A DNA stretch of 64,000 nucleotides. It comes from Phoronis australis (lineage: Eukaryota > Animalia > Phoronida). The notes under the pieces were generated by a model that made no database searches, was not told where the DNA came from, and saw only the letters and a list, made by a program, of their open reading frames with translations. Position 1 is the stretch's first letter. Each line of letters starts with the position of its first letter. Location of the stretch: the NCBI GenBank assembly GCA_002633005.1, contig NMRA01000912.1:37629-101628 (forward strand), written 5' to 3'. The position numbers were made by a program, and so were the translations under genes. Shown in pieces: positions 14,901 through 25,800 of this stretch.

Positions 14901-17900
14901 TTAGCACGAGATTTCTTCACCACATGTGCGGTCATTCTAAGGTGAGTTGGTGCGGTCAGCCAGCCAGATGTTGTGGTCACTTCCAAGTATTTGTGTATAG
15001 TGAAAGAAATCTTCGGAAAGCTGTCTTGGTCTTTCCATCTGTTTGATAGTAGCTATCCTGTTGTTATTTAGTATTGATACTAGAATTAGTTTAGTACTAG
15101 ATTTAGTAGAATTTATTTTGTATTACTAGCTTAGTACTCATACTGTAACTGGTACTAGTGATAGTACTACTAGTACTAATTCTACTACGAGTACTGGAGT
15201 TACAACTCGTAGTAGTAGTACTACTACTGGTTACTGTTGATACTACTCTGGTGCTATTTCTGCTACTAATAGTTTATGTAGGTGTGAAGTTACATGTACT
15301 AGTTGCGGTATAAGTGCTTTTGCTAGTAGTGTTAGTACAATACCACCACCAGTACTAGTAGTTTTACTGCTACTGCTTAATTATTATTTTATTATTATTG
15401 TTAATTATTATTGGTATACCATTACTACCATAATTAAACAGTGTATTTAGAAACTGTGGGCATTCACAACAATGTAAGATTGCTTTGAAAATTGAAAAAA
15501 CTTTCAATTTTGACAATTATTTTGTACGAAATTGGCGAGACTTTACCCTACTACTTATCACATGTGTCCACATCTGATATCGTCTGCTTCCTGATATCTG
15601 TTGAGCCCTCACGACTGTCTGGTTACACTGGTTATGACCCTGAGCACAATATGACATTGTCAATAAAAATCTTCCTGGTTCACGCCATAGCTTCCTGTTT
15701 TTAAATGATAAGTTCTGTCGTGAATCTAGATGGCGCTTAAAAGTACGCAGTGAATGCGGCCCTGAAAGTTAGATACTGTCACTCATTTATCGGTATTTTC
15801 TCTGGTTTTCTGTTAAAACTACGTTTTTGGTGAAAGCATGAAGTTAAAATTCTTGACGCGTGTCGTTAGAATCTTGAAAATCTTGCAAGATGCTTGTGTC
15901 GGTTTTAAGTATTTGGAATGCACAGTGACCTCTTTTGGATTTTTTTGTTATTGCTGTCGATTCCTTTTTCTCTGTTTAGCGATGAATGCCCTTCTGTTGA
16001 CAGATCATCAAAGATATATCGCTGACGAATCAGGTGCCTCTACTGAAGAAATGCCTTGAGTCATTTGTTTATCGCGTCAAGGCCATGCTGACACTCAACA
16101 AATGTTTAGATGCCTTCTGGCTTGGCAATTTAAAGAACAGGGATTTGCAGGTACTGTGTTACAAAATACTGCACTCATGATATTTGGTAAATGGATATTC
16201 CCATAAGGCTGTATAGGACCCTGGAAGAATGTCCAACTTGGGAACATCTTATCTCAGACAAGGTTGGTTACATTCATGTGCCTTATGCACTATTCTCTAA
16301 AACTATTAGTAATTGTTTTTAATATGGTCCGCTTTTGCATAAGGGCCTTTCAAAAGGGACTTCTATAATTTTTGAGAGAAAACTCAAAAGATGCATGAAA
16401 CAAAAATAATTTATGATTATTTAGAAAACTTTAGCAGCATTTTTTAAGGTTTCATCCTGGAAATTTGGTCAAAACGTAATCAATTTCGTTGTCCTGCAAT
16501 CAATGTTCATTTCTTTTTTTGCTAAATTTTATCAAAAAACATGGTCCCATTAATAAAAATTCAACAGTCAAATTCTCCAAGCTTTTCACTTATAATTACT
16601 TTTACCGAGTTAAAATCTATAGTTTTGTGGATATCTGATTATTAAATACAAAGATTTCACAAGGTCTTACTTAACCTTAACCGTAACCGTGTTTTATTGA
16701 AAACCACGCTGTAACAACAGTTTTGGCTGGTCGTACATTTCTTGAATTTTTGGCCCGTTTCACGGAGAAAGACTTAAGAAAGAAATTTGGTCTCACACTC
16801 CCGCTTCGGAATTGTTGAATAAATTTTTATCTGTGAATAATTATGAGTGCATCACAGTCTAGAAATAATGTGTAGGAATTATTTCGGTAGCTAGCTGTTA
16901 TTTGTTTATTCACTGAGACTTGGCATTTTTGCTCAAGTGAGATTGAACTGTTTTTCTGGTATAGTTGCGTGAAGGGCGCGACCAAATTTCTAGCTTCAGT
17001 CTTGAGGCTCTTTTCAGGTAGCAGACCCCACATGTTTCTCACTGACTCGATGACCGAGTCATTTTTGTGTAGCTGTGTGGCCTTACCAAATCGCAGACAC
17101 TGTTTCATAGCTGAGAGACCAAATAAACAGAATTTACTTCCCTCTTAGGAAAATGAGACTTGTGGAAGTTATGGTGGTCTCCATGGAAAATCATTATTTT
17201 TTTCCGAAAAAAAATTGGCCAAGTGATTGCAAACATTTGAACAACACTTTTATTCACATTATTGACTTATTACCAAGGATTCAAAAAATATACGATTTAC
17301 ATACTGACAATCAATATTTCAAACGCTATTAAAAGAAAGGTGGCCCTCGCTAACGAAGGTTGGCAGTGACCTTAAATAAGTCCTTGCAGGGTGACACCGG
17401 AAATGAACTGGGAATTGTCGGTTTAAATCTGCAGTTCCAAGCATGATTCTCATCCATAACATTTGCTAAAGATTAATTCAACCAAAACGTGGAGAATCTG
17501 GTGCGGTTTTGTTAACAGGGTGAAGAGATTCTGTCGCAGGCATCCACAACTACCAATGACCCAGATGAGAGTGATCAGGAAGAACTGCCTGAAGATGATG
17601 ACGACCAAAGTGACGTGGTACGTAGCTGGTAACGTGTCAGATTTGCTAGTTTTATCATTGTGCACGTTCTCTCGTATGCATGAGACTGGTGAATTAAACT
17701 GCCCTCTAGCTGTATGTAAAGGTACTATTAAGTGCTAATGGCTTTTTAATTTAAAGGTTACTCAAAATTTAGTGACTTCAATAGTAAGACTTCTGCAGAA
17801 AGTGCGGATACAAGATTGCAATGGCAATTTTGTCCCAATTGCTTATTTTTTACAGCAGGCATTCACACCATGGACATTTGTGATTGACTTGCTTGTATAT

Positions 17901-19067
17901 TTCTGAACAATTCACGTCATATACAACATTGACAACATGCAAGTGTTTGTTAGCATTTTTGGGTTAGCCAGAGGTGCAATCTAAAATGCCAGGCACAACA
18001 TGCGACCTGGCAACATTCCCAGGTAGCCAAATGGGAACAGAGCCCTCCACAAAAACAAAAAGAAAGCCTGTGTGTGGCACTGCCACAATCTTGACCTTCA
18101 CTATTGACGGTCAGTTTTAAAAATGGATGGGTTTGACATGACGGTTGACAGAAGTTAATGGTGACCTATTTCTTGACCAGCTCTTACCTAAGGGGGAAAA
18201 CAAATGATGAGAAAGCATTGTTTATGCACGTGTCGTGGTCAAGCCTTGCTACTGTAGTTTTTGCCGAACTCCTGTTTGTGTACTCCATTTCATGGTTTGT
18301 GCGCATGCTCAGATTTGCTGAGTTTGTCAGGTGTACTGATTTCACAAAATAAATAGAACAGTTGTGAACCCAAAGTGTTGTAATTGGAAAAAAGTGTTAT
18401 TCATTTAAGGCTTGGAAGTCACCACAAATTTCAAAGTGAATTACAGGCGAATTCTTGTTCGTTCGACTCGTAAAAATTCAGGGACTTGGGATTTTTACCA
18501 GGTCCCATTCAAAATTCACATTGCCAGCTGCAGGTCATCGAACAGAGACTTGTTGTGCATAGCCACATTTTGAGAAATTACTAAAAGGTCTGCATCCATT
18601 CACAGTTACCTTAAGTTTATAAATACCTCACTTCTATATTCCTTTGCAGCCTTTTTATTCAGGTCAAACGAACAAAAATTTGGGATTGTGTTGTGGGCTT
18701 GGTAACCCCTCATGCCCAATATTTTGCGCAGTCCCAACTCTTGCCTGAGGCAAAAGTTGAAAAGGAGCCAACGAAGACGCGTTGCCTGCGCATGAGTCAT
18801 GGATGAGCCGTTTGTTTTTCTGCCGAACAATTCTGATACTGTCTGTTTACTTCCTGTTGTATTTTGAGCGCGTGCTTCGATGTGTTTGTGGCATCTTATG
18901 AGCTTGCTAAACTAAATTAAAGGTCGCCAAATCAAGCCCTGTTATTCACTTGTGAAATTGTTGATATCACTGCACCACATTGACCTTTTCAGGAAGTTGA
19001 TGGGGAGAGTAATGACAGTACAAGTGATAAAAGCAAGCCAGAGGAGTCTTACAGTGAATGTTATTGA
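5836..19067 (+). CDS. FANCD2: Fanconi anemia group D2 protein, C-terminal ~528 aa (13 exons; 5' exons not found in window)
   Basis: join(5836-5917,7302-7418,7661-7789,8651-8769,9099-9212,9469-9596,10589-10688,11999-12215,13045-13155,14792-14941,16004-16150,17519-17617,18993-19067); all introns GT-AG with consistent phases; [80 protein letters not shown] match remembered FANCD2 sequence. Confidence 0.96.
6768..7168. repeat. 33-bp minisatellite, ~12 copies, FANCD2 intron
   Basis: unit ~AAGTTTTCATGGTAGCGGAATGTGCTCCCTACC. Confidence 0.95.
7302..7418 (+). CDS. FANCD2: FANCD2 exon ([23 protein letters not shown])
   Basis: ttcag|GCT..AAG|gttagt, 117 nt. Confidence 0.92.
7661..7789 (+). CDS. FANCD2: FANCD2 exon ([19 protein letters not shown])
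   Basis: tttag|ACC..AAG|gtgggt, 129 nt. Confidence 0.92.
8651..8769 (+). CDS. FANCD2: FANCD2 exon ([17 protein letters not shown])
   Basis: tatag|GCT..TG|gtaaga; resembles human HGVVDGP..LFAW. Confidence 0.92.
9099..9212 (+). CDS. FANCD2: FANCD2 exon ([16 protein letters not shown])
   Basis: tgcag|G..AA|gtgagt, phase-consistent. Confidence 0.9.
9469..9596 (+). CDS. FANCD2: FANCD2 exon ([19 protein letters not shown])
   Basis: cacag|G..G|gtaatt, phase-consistent. Confidence 0.9.
9845..10412. mobile_element. PIF/Harbinger (Tourist-like) MITE
   Basis: taa|GGGCTGTTCCAGTAAAATCTGT..ACAGATTTTGCTGGAACAGCCC|taa, ~40-bp TIR, 3-bp TAA TSD. Confidence 0.85.
10589..10688 (+). CDS. FANCD2: FANCD2 exon ([17 protein letters not shown])
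   Basis: tttag|CC..AA|gtgagt, phase-consistent. Confidence 0.9.
11220..11485 (+). mobile_element. Short Penelope-like relic with inverted pseudo-LTR piece
   Basis: encodes [23 protein letters not shown] (GIY-YIG C-terminus-like); 11220-11270 is an inverted copy of 11415-11480. Confidence 0.55.
11999..12215 (+). CDS. FANCD2: FANCD2 exon ([31 protein letters not shown])
   Basis: cccag|G..GAT|gtaagc; resembles human [20 protein letters not shown]. Confidence 0.93.
13045..13155 (+). CDS. FANCD2: FANCD2 exon ([26 protein letters not shown]..)
   Basis: gacag|GTG..AGG|gtgcgt, 111 nt. Confidence 0.93.
13640..14155. repeat. Unclassified interspersed repeat, copy 1
   Basis: colinear with 22885-23360. 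Confidence 0.8.
14792..14941 (+). CDS. FANCD2: FANCD2 exon ([24 protein letters not shown])
   Basis: tttag|TAC..AAG|gtgagt, 150 nt. Confidence 0.95.
15065..15430. repeat. Low-complexity (TAG/TAC/TAT)n region
   Basis: degenerate trinucleotide runs. Confidence 0.85.
16004..16150 (+). CDS. FANCD2: FANCD2 exon ([28 protein letters not shown])
   Basis: gacag|ATC..CAG|gtactg, 147 nt; most conserved FANCD2 motif. Confidence 0.96.
17519..17617 (+). CDS. FANCD2: FANCD2 exon (GEEILSQ.. acidic tail)
   Basis: aacag|GGT..GTG|gtacgt, 99 nt. Confidence 0.9.
18993..19067 (+). CDS. FANCD2: FANCD2 last coding exon ([24 protein letters not shown])
   Basis: ttcag|GAA..TGA; acidic tail in frame with previous exon. 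Confidence 0.8.
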   Translation, partial: EVDGESNDSTSDKSKPEESYSECY

Positions 19068-19740
19068 GTGCTGTATATACAATGAGTATACAGTGCTATG
19101 CAAGGTGGGTTGGCTTGCAATGTCCTGCAGTGAATATTGTTGTGTGTTGTATATACAAACCTGTGTAAAGTGGGTTGATAGCACAATTCCACAGTGAGTG
19201 AATGTTATCGAGTGTCCTGTATACAATACTGTGTAATTGGATTGTATAACTGAGTCCTACAGTGATTTTTATTGAATCTTGTATATACAACACTGTGCAA
19301 AGTGGAATGGATAGTGAGTGTTATTGAGCATTGTATATACACCACTGTGTAAAGTAGGTTACCGTGGCATTTGCAGTCTCACAGTGAATGGTAGTGAGTG
19401 TCAAATAGAACACCATTTGAAGCGAGTTGGGTGCCATAGTCCTGGAGCAATTCCTATTCATTATTGTATATACAGCAATGTATAATAGATTAAGTTGATG
19501 TGCCCTAGAGTGATTTTTATGGTATCGTATATACAACTAAATTAGGTTGCTGGTCCTGCAGCAAATATTACAGAGTATGATACATACAACAAAGTGTAAA
19601 GTAAATTAGGCTGCCAAGTCCAGCGAATACTGCTATCCTTCATACAACAGTTGAGGCCTTAGAGTGCTGCGGCTAATGCTACTATGTATGTATCGTATAT
19701 ACAACAATGTGGTGGGAATTTAAGTGCAAAGCCCTACACA
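19044..19740 (+). repeat. Degenerate ~60-bp tandem repeat spanning FANCD2 stop codon and 3' UTR
   Basis: recurring gtcctacagtgaat..tgtatatacaa..tgtgtaaagt, roughly 10-12 units. Confidence 0.75.
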
Positions 19741-22580
19741 ACACTTAACACATGGTTTAAAATATGCGACTGGGTCGGGATTCTGGATACTCCGGTAAAA
19801 AGTGACTGGCAGGATGAAATAGATTCGATGTCATTAATCTGTTTTGTAATCTGTCTCCTATAAGGCTGATAATGTTGTTATTGTTGTGTAGATATAAGTG
19901 GAATGGTTGTTGGAAATGATGTTATATTATGGATATTATAACACCCTGTGATGATCACTGTTAGTGCTGCTGACTGTCATTAATAACTGTCACTGTAATG
20001 ACCGTTATTTATATCGTAGTTTTACTTTTGTTGGTGCATGATGGGAAATAATTCTTAAGGACTAGATATGGAAATGTTGATGTGAGTTATCACTCTTTTT
20101 CATTGGTTTATTGAAAACACAAAAGCAATGCGCAATAGACAAAAGACACACTCGTACCACTCTCACCTGAAGGCATTGTGAGACTTGCCAACAAAATTGG
20201 AACCCATGCCCTTTCAAGAAAACAAAAAAAGCCACAGAAGACCATCTTTTATTAAATTGTTCATGTTCATGGTTTCTGAAATAAAGATATTTTTTTCACC
20301 TGAACATACTTAAACATCTCCTTCTTGAACATTTCCATTGAGGAAGTATTTCTGAGTTTTTGGTGATGTGATATTTTCCCAAACAGATGAGTAAATTAAT
20401 TGTATCTGAGTTGTGTAATTCAGCTAATAATTGCCCTTAGTATGCAACTTGCTTTTGAGAACGTGATAATATAAAACAGTCAGTGGACATTGCTAACTCT
20501 TTTTCAAATAATAAATGATGAAAAGTGGTTAATTTTTTCACAACAATTTAAGCACAGGTCGTGAAAAGTGTATGTTTGTAGCGTTTATAAGTCTCCTTAA
20601 GTATAAGGAGAAGGTTATTGTTATGGATTAAAGTGGGATTGCCATGCTTTGTAGTGAATATACATGGGCATTTCAATAATTATAACTTTTTCTTATTCTA
20701 ACATCTTTTCCATTGCTTGTAAACCGAAAAGGGCGTAGAACTTTTAATTGAATTTTGTTGACACATTAGCGCACAACTTGTTTGTCTATGGAATTTTATT
20801 TGATGTACATGTTCAAGATGAGATCTCAGAAACACCATCGTATTTTTATAGAATATTTCCCTATGGCTTAAGCAATGTTTTCATAAAAGTCACAACAAAA
20901 GTCCTACTTTTGTGTGGCCCTCGTGTAGCAGTGGAGCGTTTTAAAAATCCTAGCATTGTTTTAGAGGGAGAAGTCAGTGTATAAAGCACAGTACCTGAAA
21001 ATTTCATACGCATCTGATCAACCATTTCTAAGGTGTGATAATCCGAAGTTAGCCAAATTTGGACATTTTTGTAGGGCTCTACATAACCTTAACGCACTAA
21101 GTAAATTATCTGACTAACAGTGGGTTAAGCTTTTACTCGACTTCCTGGTTGACTGAAACTGTATACTTCAATTGGACCACAGCTTTAATTCTTTTAGTCT
21201 TCCATGCGATTTAAACGTTTCGAGACGTAACTTTTTCTGACATCACATTTTGTATAAATTAGGTTTTTAGTTACATTTGCCAGCTTAAAACTGCTATAGT
21301 GCTGCCAAAATATTTTTGATTTAGACAATTCGTACCAACACCTAGTCTCTTGCATTCTTTTACTCAAGTTACATGCCGTTGTTGGAGGCCGTGCACGTAA
21401 CATAACCCGTCCCATTGAAATTCCCTATTCTTTGGATAACGTTTCCTTCATAGTGCACCTTTTGGCTTCGACTTTGCTGTTAACGAGTACAGAAGGGTCA
21501 GTTCGCAAAACCAGAAATCACTTCTCAACAGCTCGACTCTGGTTAGGACCTAGCTAAAATCTAGCCAAAGTCTCGTGCTCTCATTTAAAATACACGGCAA
21601 CATGTCACGTAATCTCGCGAATTCTTGCTTTTTAACGAGGTCCTAGCTTTACTGAACGGGAGGCTGTTATACAGCAGCATATGTGGCTTAAATCAAAAGT
21701 TTGCTTCTTGGCGAAGTGAAACACTGGTTTCTCACATGCCTCTTAATCTGAAATTTGTTATTGTTCTCGATAATTTTGGTTCACGTCTTCAATTACGAGA
21801 GCCCCCACGACGTGGCGTGCTAGCTACTGCCGGCGCTGAGTGGCCATAGAGGTGAAGATTTTTACGTGAAGCCATTTTTACGTTCTTTCCCACTAGCCGG
21901 ATACGGCTACCACTCCTCTGAGGCACTGTGAAGAAGAGCATTTATCAATTTCATATTCCTTTCTTAATATTTTATTCAGTTACCTGAAGCCAACTCAACT
22001 GAAGCGTGTGTAGTACAATCAAGGATACTATACTGGTAACTATAAAATCTTCGGTACAATCACTCAACATTCGGAAATGATACGCAGTCCTTCACTTCCT
22101 GTAAAATCACACCCAGAAAGATGATGTTCACTGACCTTCGGCTGAACCAGGGAATCAAACTGGCCGGACTTAGGGAGAAAGTAAAACCCGGCCTTATCAA
22201 AATTCAGCCGACCCGTAGTTTTCTTTAAAGCCACTTTTCAGCGTTATAATTGTTCCCGGTATGTTTATGTGTGTAGCTGTCTGCCTACTTTCCTGCCGGT
22301 TATCTATCTGCTAGTCAGCCAAATAGCTGTGCGAACACAAACTTCAGGTTTGCATTGATTTGTGTACACCAAGGCTATTTGCCTGTCTGTCTGTTGGTGA
22401 ACAGCCTACTGAGATTCAGTTGATGTAGTTAGGCAATTCGCTCCCGCAGGGCGGCCGGTGCCATAGTATCTCACCTGAAAAACTGAAAAGAATCGGTAAA
22501 CAAATACGTCCCATTGACCCAGCTGGCGAGGCGTGGAGTGAAAACAATCGGGCCAAGAGTATAGACACTTCCGCTCCATT

Positions 22581-22613
22581 TATAAATAGGGTCATCCTCA
22601 TGAAATGTCAGTT
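22581..22613 (+). promoter_or_regulatory. TATA box + initiator of the NUDT16-like gene
   Basis: TATAAATA at 22581 and TCAGTT at 22608 (+1 A ~22610), canonical ~29-bp spacing, ~94 nt upstream of ATG. Confidence 0.6.
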
Positions 22614-22703
22614 GGGACCAACTTCGCAGTGCAGTAAAGAACGTGGAAGGAGGGAGACCATTTTGCAGTGCGTGCTGGTAAATGCGTTTCCATCGACAGC
22701 ATT

Positions 22704-22868
22704 ATGACACACAAGAACATGTTCCCCACATTCAACTTCGATATACACCAGAATAAGCCGGTACCGGCCGGTGAAGGTGAACGTGGTTCGTACACTCATT
22801 TCGGTAATACGATGATGTTTGCCAAGCTCGACGAGGAATCAATCAAAGACTTGCGAGCCGCCGTAATG
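22704..22868 (+). CDS. NUDT16: NUDT16-like exon 1
   Basis: ATG in A(-3) context..LRAAVM|gtaagc. Confidence 0.8.
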
Positions 22869-25800
22869 GTAAGCACTTTAATTAAACTTGCACCAGTTTC
22901 ATTACGGCGTTTTCCCGTTGCTCCCAACTTGTTCGATTCTATAGCCCAACAACAAGTTGGAAAGTTTACCCCTGTAGCCAGTATCTTACACGACTGATGA
23001 AGTCCGTTCTGGCATTTATGGTTGGAGGGACAGCTCTCTTTTGTTCGATAATTGCTCTAATCTCCAATACGATCGTATCTACCCTGACTGGGCTGTGCTG
23101 TTAAAATAAAAGTTAAGATATAACCTATTTGAACATAAACCAATAGCATTTCTGAAATCTTTGTTAAATGGTGATCATATGTTTAGTTTTTGAATTACCA
23201 AAATCGCCCAACTGCAACCGAAGTTAGGACAATCTATTCTTTCCGAATACACCAATTCACTCTGAGTTTGACTGTGCTCACATGTGGTGGTTGTCACGCG
23301 CTCAGAACCCCCTACGTCTGGTAAAGTCACTGAACGGGAAAACCGTACGCTGTCATGTTTCAAAACGGGTCTGCTGTAGGGAAACTGGTCCAGAACTCAA
23401 TCGAACTATCGTGCACGTAAGTGAAGGTTTCAAATTACCCCGTAGAACGCCAACTGCTGTTGAGTCACCAATTAAGAAGGGGTCACGCTGACGCTAAGTG
23501 TGTTATTACACTGTATCTTGGGTTTACCGACGTGACCAGTGAGCTCATTGTGTTTGCAATGAATGAGCAACAAAAATTGTACTGCTGTGCGTAAACTTGG
23601 AATCCTGCATAATCTCAAGATGGCGTATTCGTGAACTTACGATACACTAGGAAACTTGGCCGAGTTCACTCAAATAATCACGATCACGTTGATAAAAATT
23701 AACGCTGCACTAAATCAAATTACATGTTATTAAAATATTGTAAACTTTAACCAACCTTTTTTCAACTCTCTTGGCGATCTTGTTCTCCAAACAATAAATA
23801 ATTTAACCATTCACATATTCCTCCGATTTTAATGTGTCACAAGTTACGGTGCATGAGAAATTGGGTGGACGTGAGGCCAATAATTAAGAAAATTATTTTC
23901 ACTGAACAAAAAAATTCACCCGACTGGCTTAATGAGAATTCAATTCGAAGTTCAAACATAACGCGATCTTGAGATTAAGCAAGATTCCAAGTTCACCCAC
24001 TGCAGTACCAGCGTTCGATGATTGCACGACGCAAAGGTCTGTTGTGCATTGTAAGACACTATGATCCGTCTGTAGAGTGTCAAAGCTAATATAACTATAA
24101 AATCTTTGAGAGTGTTGTTATCAGAGTGGGCTGTGCTGATTTGCTAGGATCGCTGAAATATGTGACCCAGCGAGGTCATCAAATCAACCACAGAATGTTT
24201 ATACAAGTGATAACAAACCACCGACATTTCTTTGAGTGTCGTTTATCATTCGCGCCATCCCAATGACAAAAATTGTTAAAATAGAGCGGGAGGGAGGGAG
24301 AGGGAGAGGGAGAGAGAGAGAGACCTTTTTATTATATTAAAAACCCACATAGGACTCCGTTTGCGGTGCTATCGCGCGCGCATTTCAACGCCCCGCATTG
24401 CTCTTGTTAATGCTATCATCAACTTTATCAACTTAAAAAGTGAAAATTTGCAAAGCAACGCTACTGGCATTCTGTTACTCACTGCTCAAAAAGTCATTTT
24501 TGAATTAAATTCTTTCTTGAAAACACTGATATCGCATTACTTAAAGGGGGAATGTAGTGCTATCGGGATTGCACCCAAACTTGTTTTGAAGTTTTTACCT
24601 TAATGAAGCGGAGTCTATCTCTATAGGGGAATCGCCGATGAGGTTACTACAAACATCGATGCCTGTCAAGACCACTGATTTCATGTCGAAAGAATTCAGT
24701 TCCATATGCTTTTATTATGCGCCCACATATTTATATGTGGACGCATTATGCCGTCATCTCTGTCCGTCCGTCCGTCCGTCCGGGTGGCGTCCGTCCGGCG
24801 TCCGGCGTCCGCTGCTCTATTTCCAAAACCCTTTGACATACGTTCATGAAATTTGACACATATGTTCCATTCATGAATGGGACGGCATGTGCGAACTTTC
24901 GGACGGATCCGACTACCGGTGTGCCCCCTAGTGGCAATTGTAGTTTTTTACGCTTACCTTTGTATCTTCAAAAGTCCTGAACGGATTTTCATGAAATTTG
25001 CTATGTAGGCACCTAGTAGTGAGATGACGCTATCCTGCCGTTTTCGGATGGATTCGACATAGTTTGCGCCACCTAGTGGCCATTTTTAGTGTTTTCGAGT
25101 CTGTTTTTGTGCTTCCACCCCTCTATCAACCAAACCGCTCAAAGGATGATTGTGAAAATTGGCATGTATATGCTTACTATGTAGAGGATGGTTGACGATG
25201 ATTTTCCGACGATTTCGACTACTGTGGCGCCTCCTAGTGGCAGTTTTGTTTTTTTGCGCCTATGGCTGTATCTCCTAAACCGTTCGCAGGATCTTTACAA
25301 ATTGTGTAAGTATATTTATATGATGTTAACAACGGAAGATGACGACTTTTGGTCGGATCCGACTACCGGTGTGCCCCCTAGTGGCAATTTTAGTTTTTTA
25401 CGCTTACCTTTGTATCTTCAAAAGTATTGAACGGATTTTCATGAAATTTGGTATGTAGGCACCTATTAGTGAGATGACGCTATCCTACTGTTTTCAGATG
25501 GATTCGACGTAGTTTGCGCCACCTAGTGGCCATTTTTACTGTTTTCGAGTCTGTATTTTTGCGTCCACCCCTCTATCAACCAAACCGCTCAAAGGATGAT
25601 TGTGAAAATTGGCGTGTATGTGCTTACTATAAGGAAGACAGCTGACAATGATTTTCAGACGATTTGGACTACTGTGGCGCCTCCTAGTGGCAGTTTTGTT
25701 TTTTTGCGCCCATGGCTGTATCTCCCAAACCGTTTGCAGGATCTTTACTAAATTTAGCAAGTGTATTTATGTGATGTTGACAACGGACGATGACGACTTT

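Noticed and set aside
22994-23030. CTGATGA hammerhead candidate (also 58193)
   Set aside because: No stem II closed by GAAA; the paralogous repeat copy reads CTAATTAA
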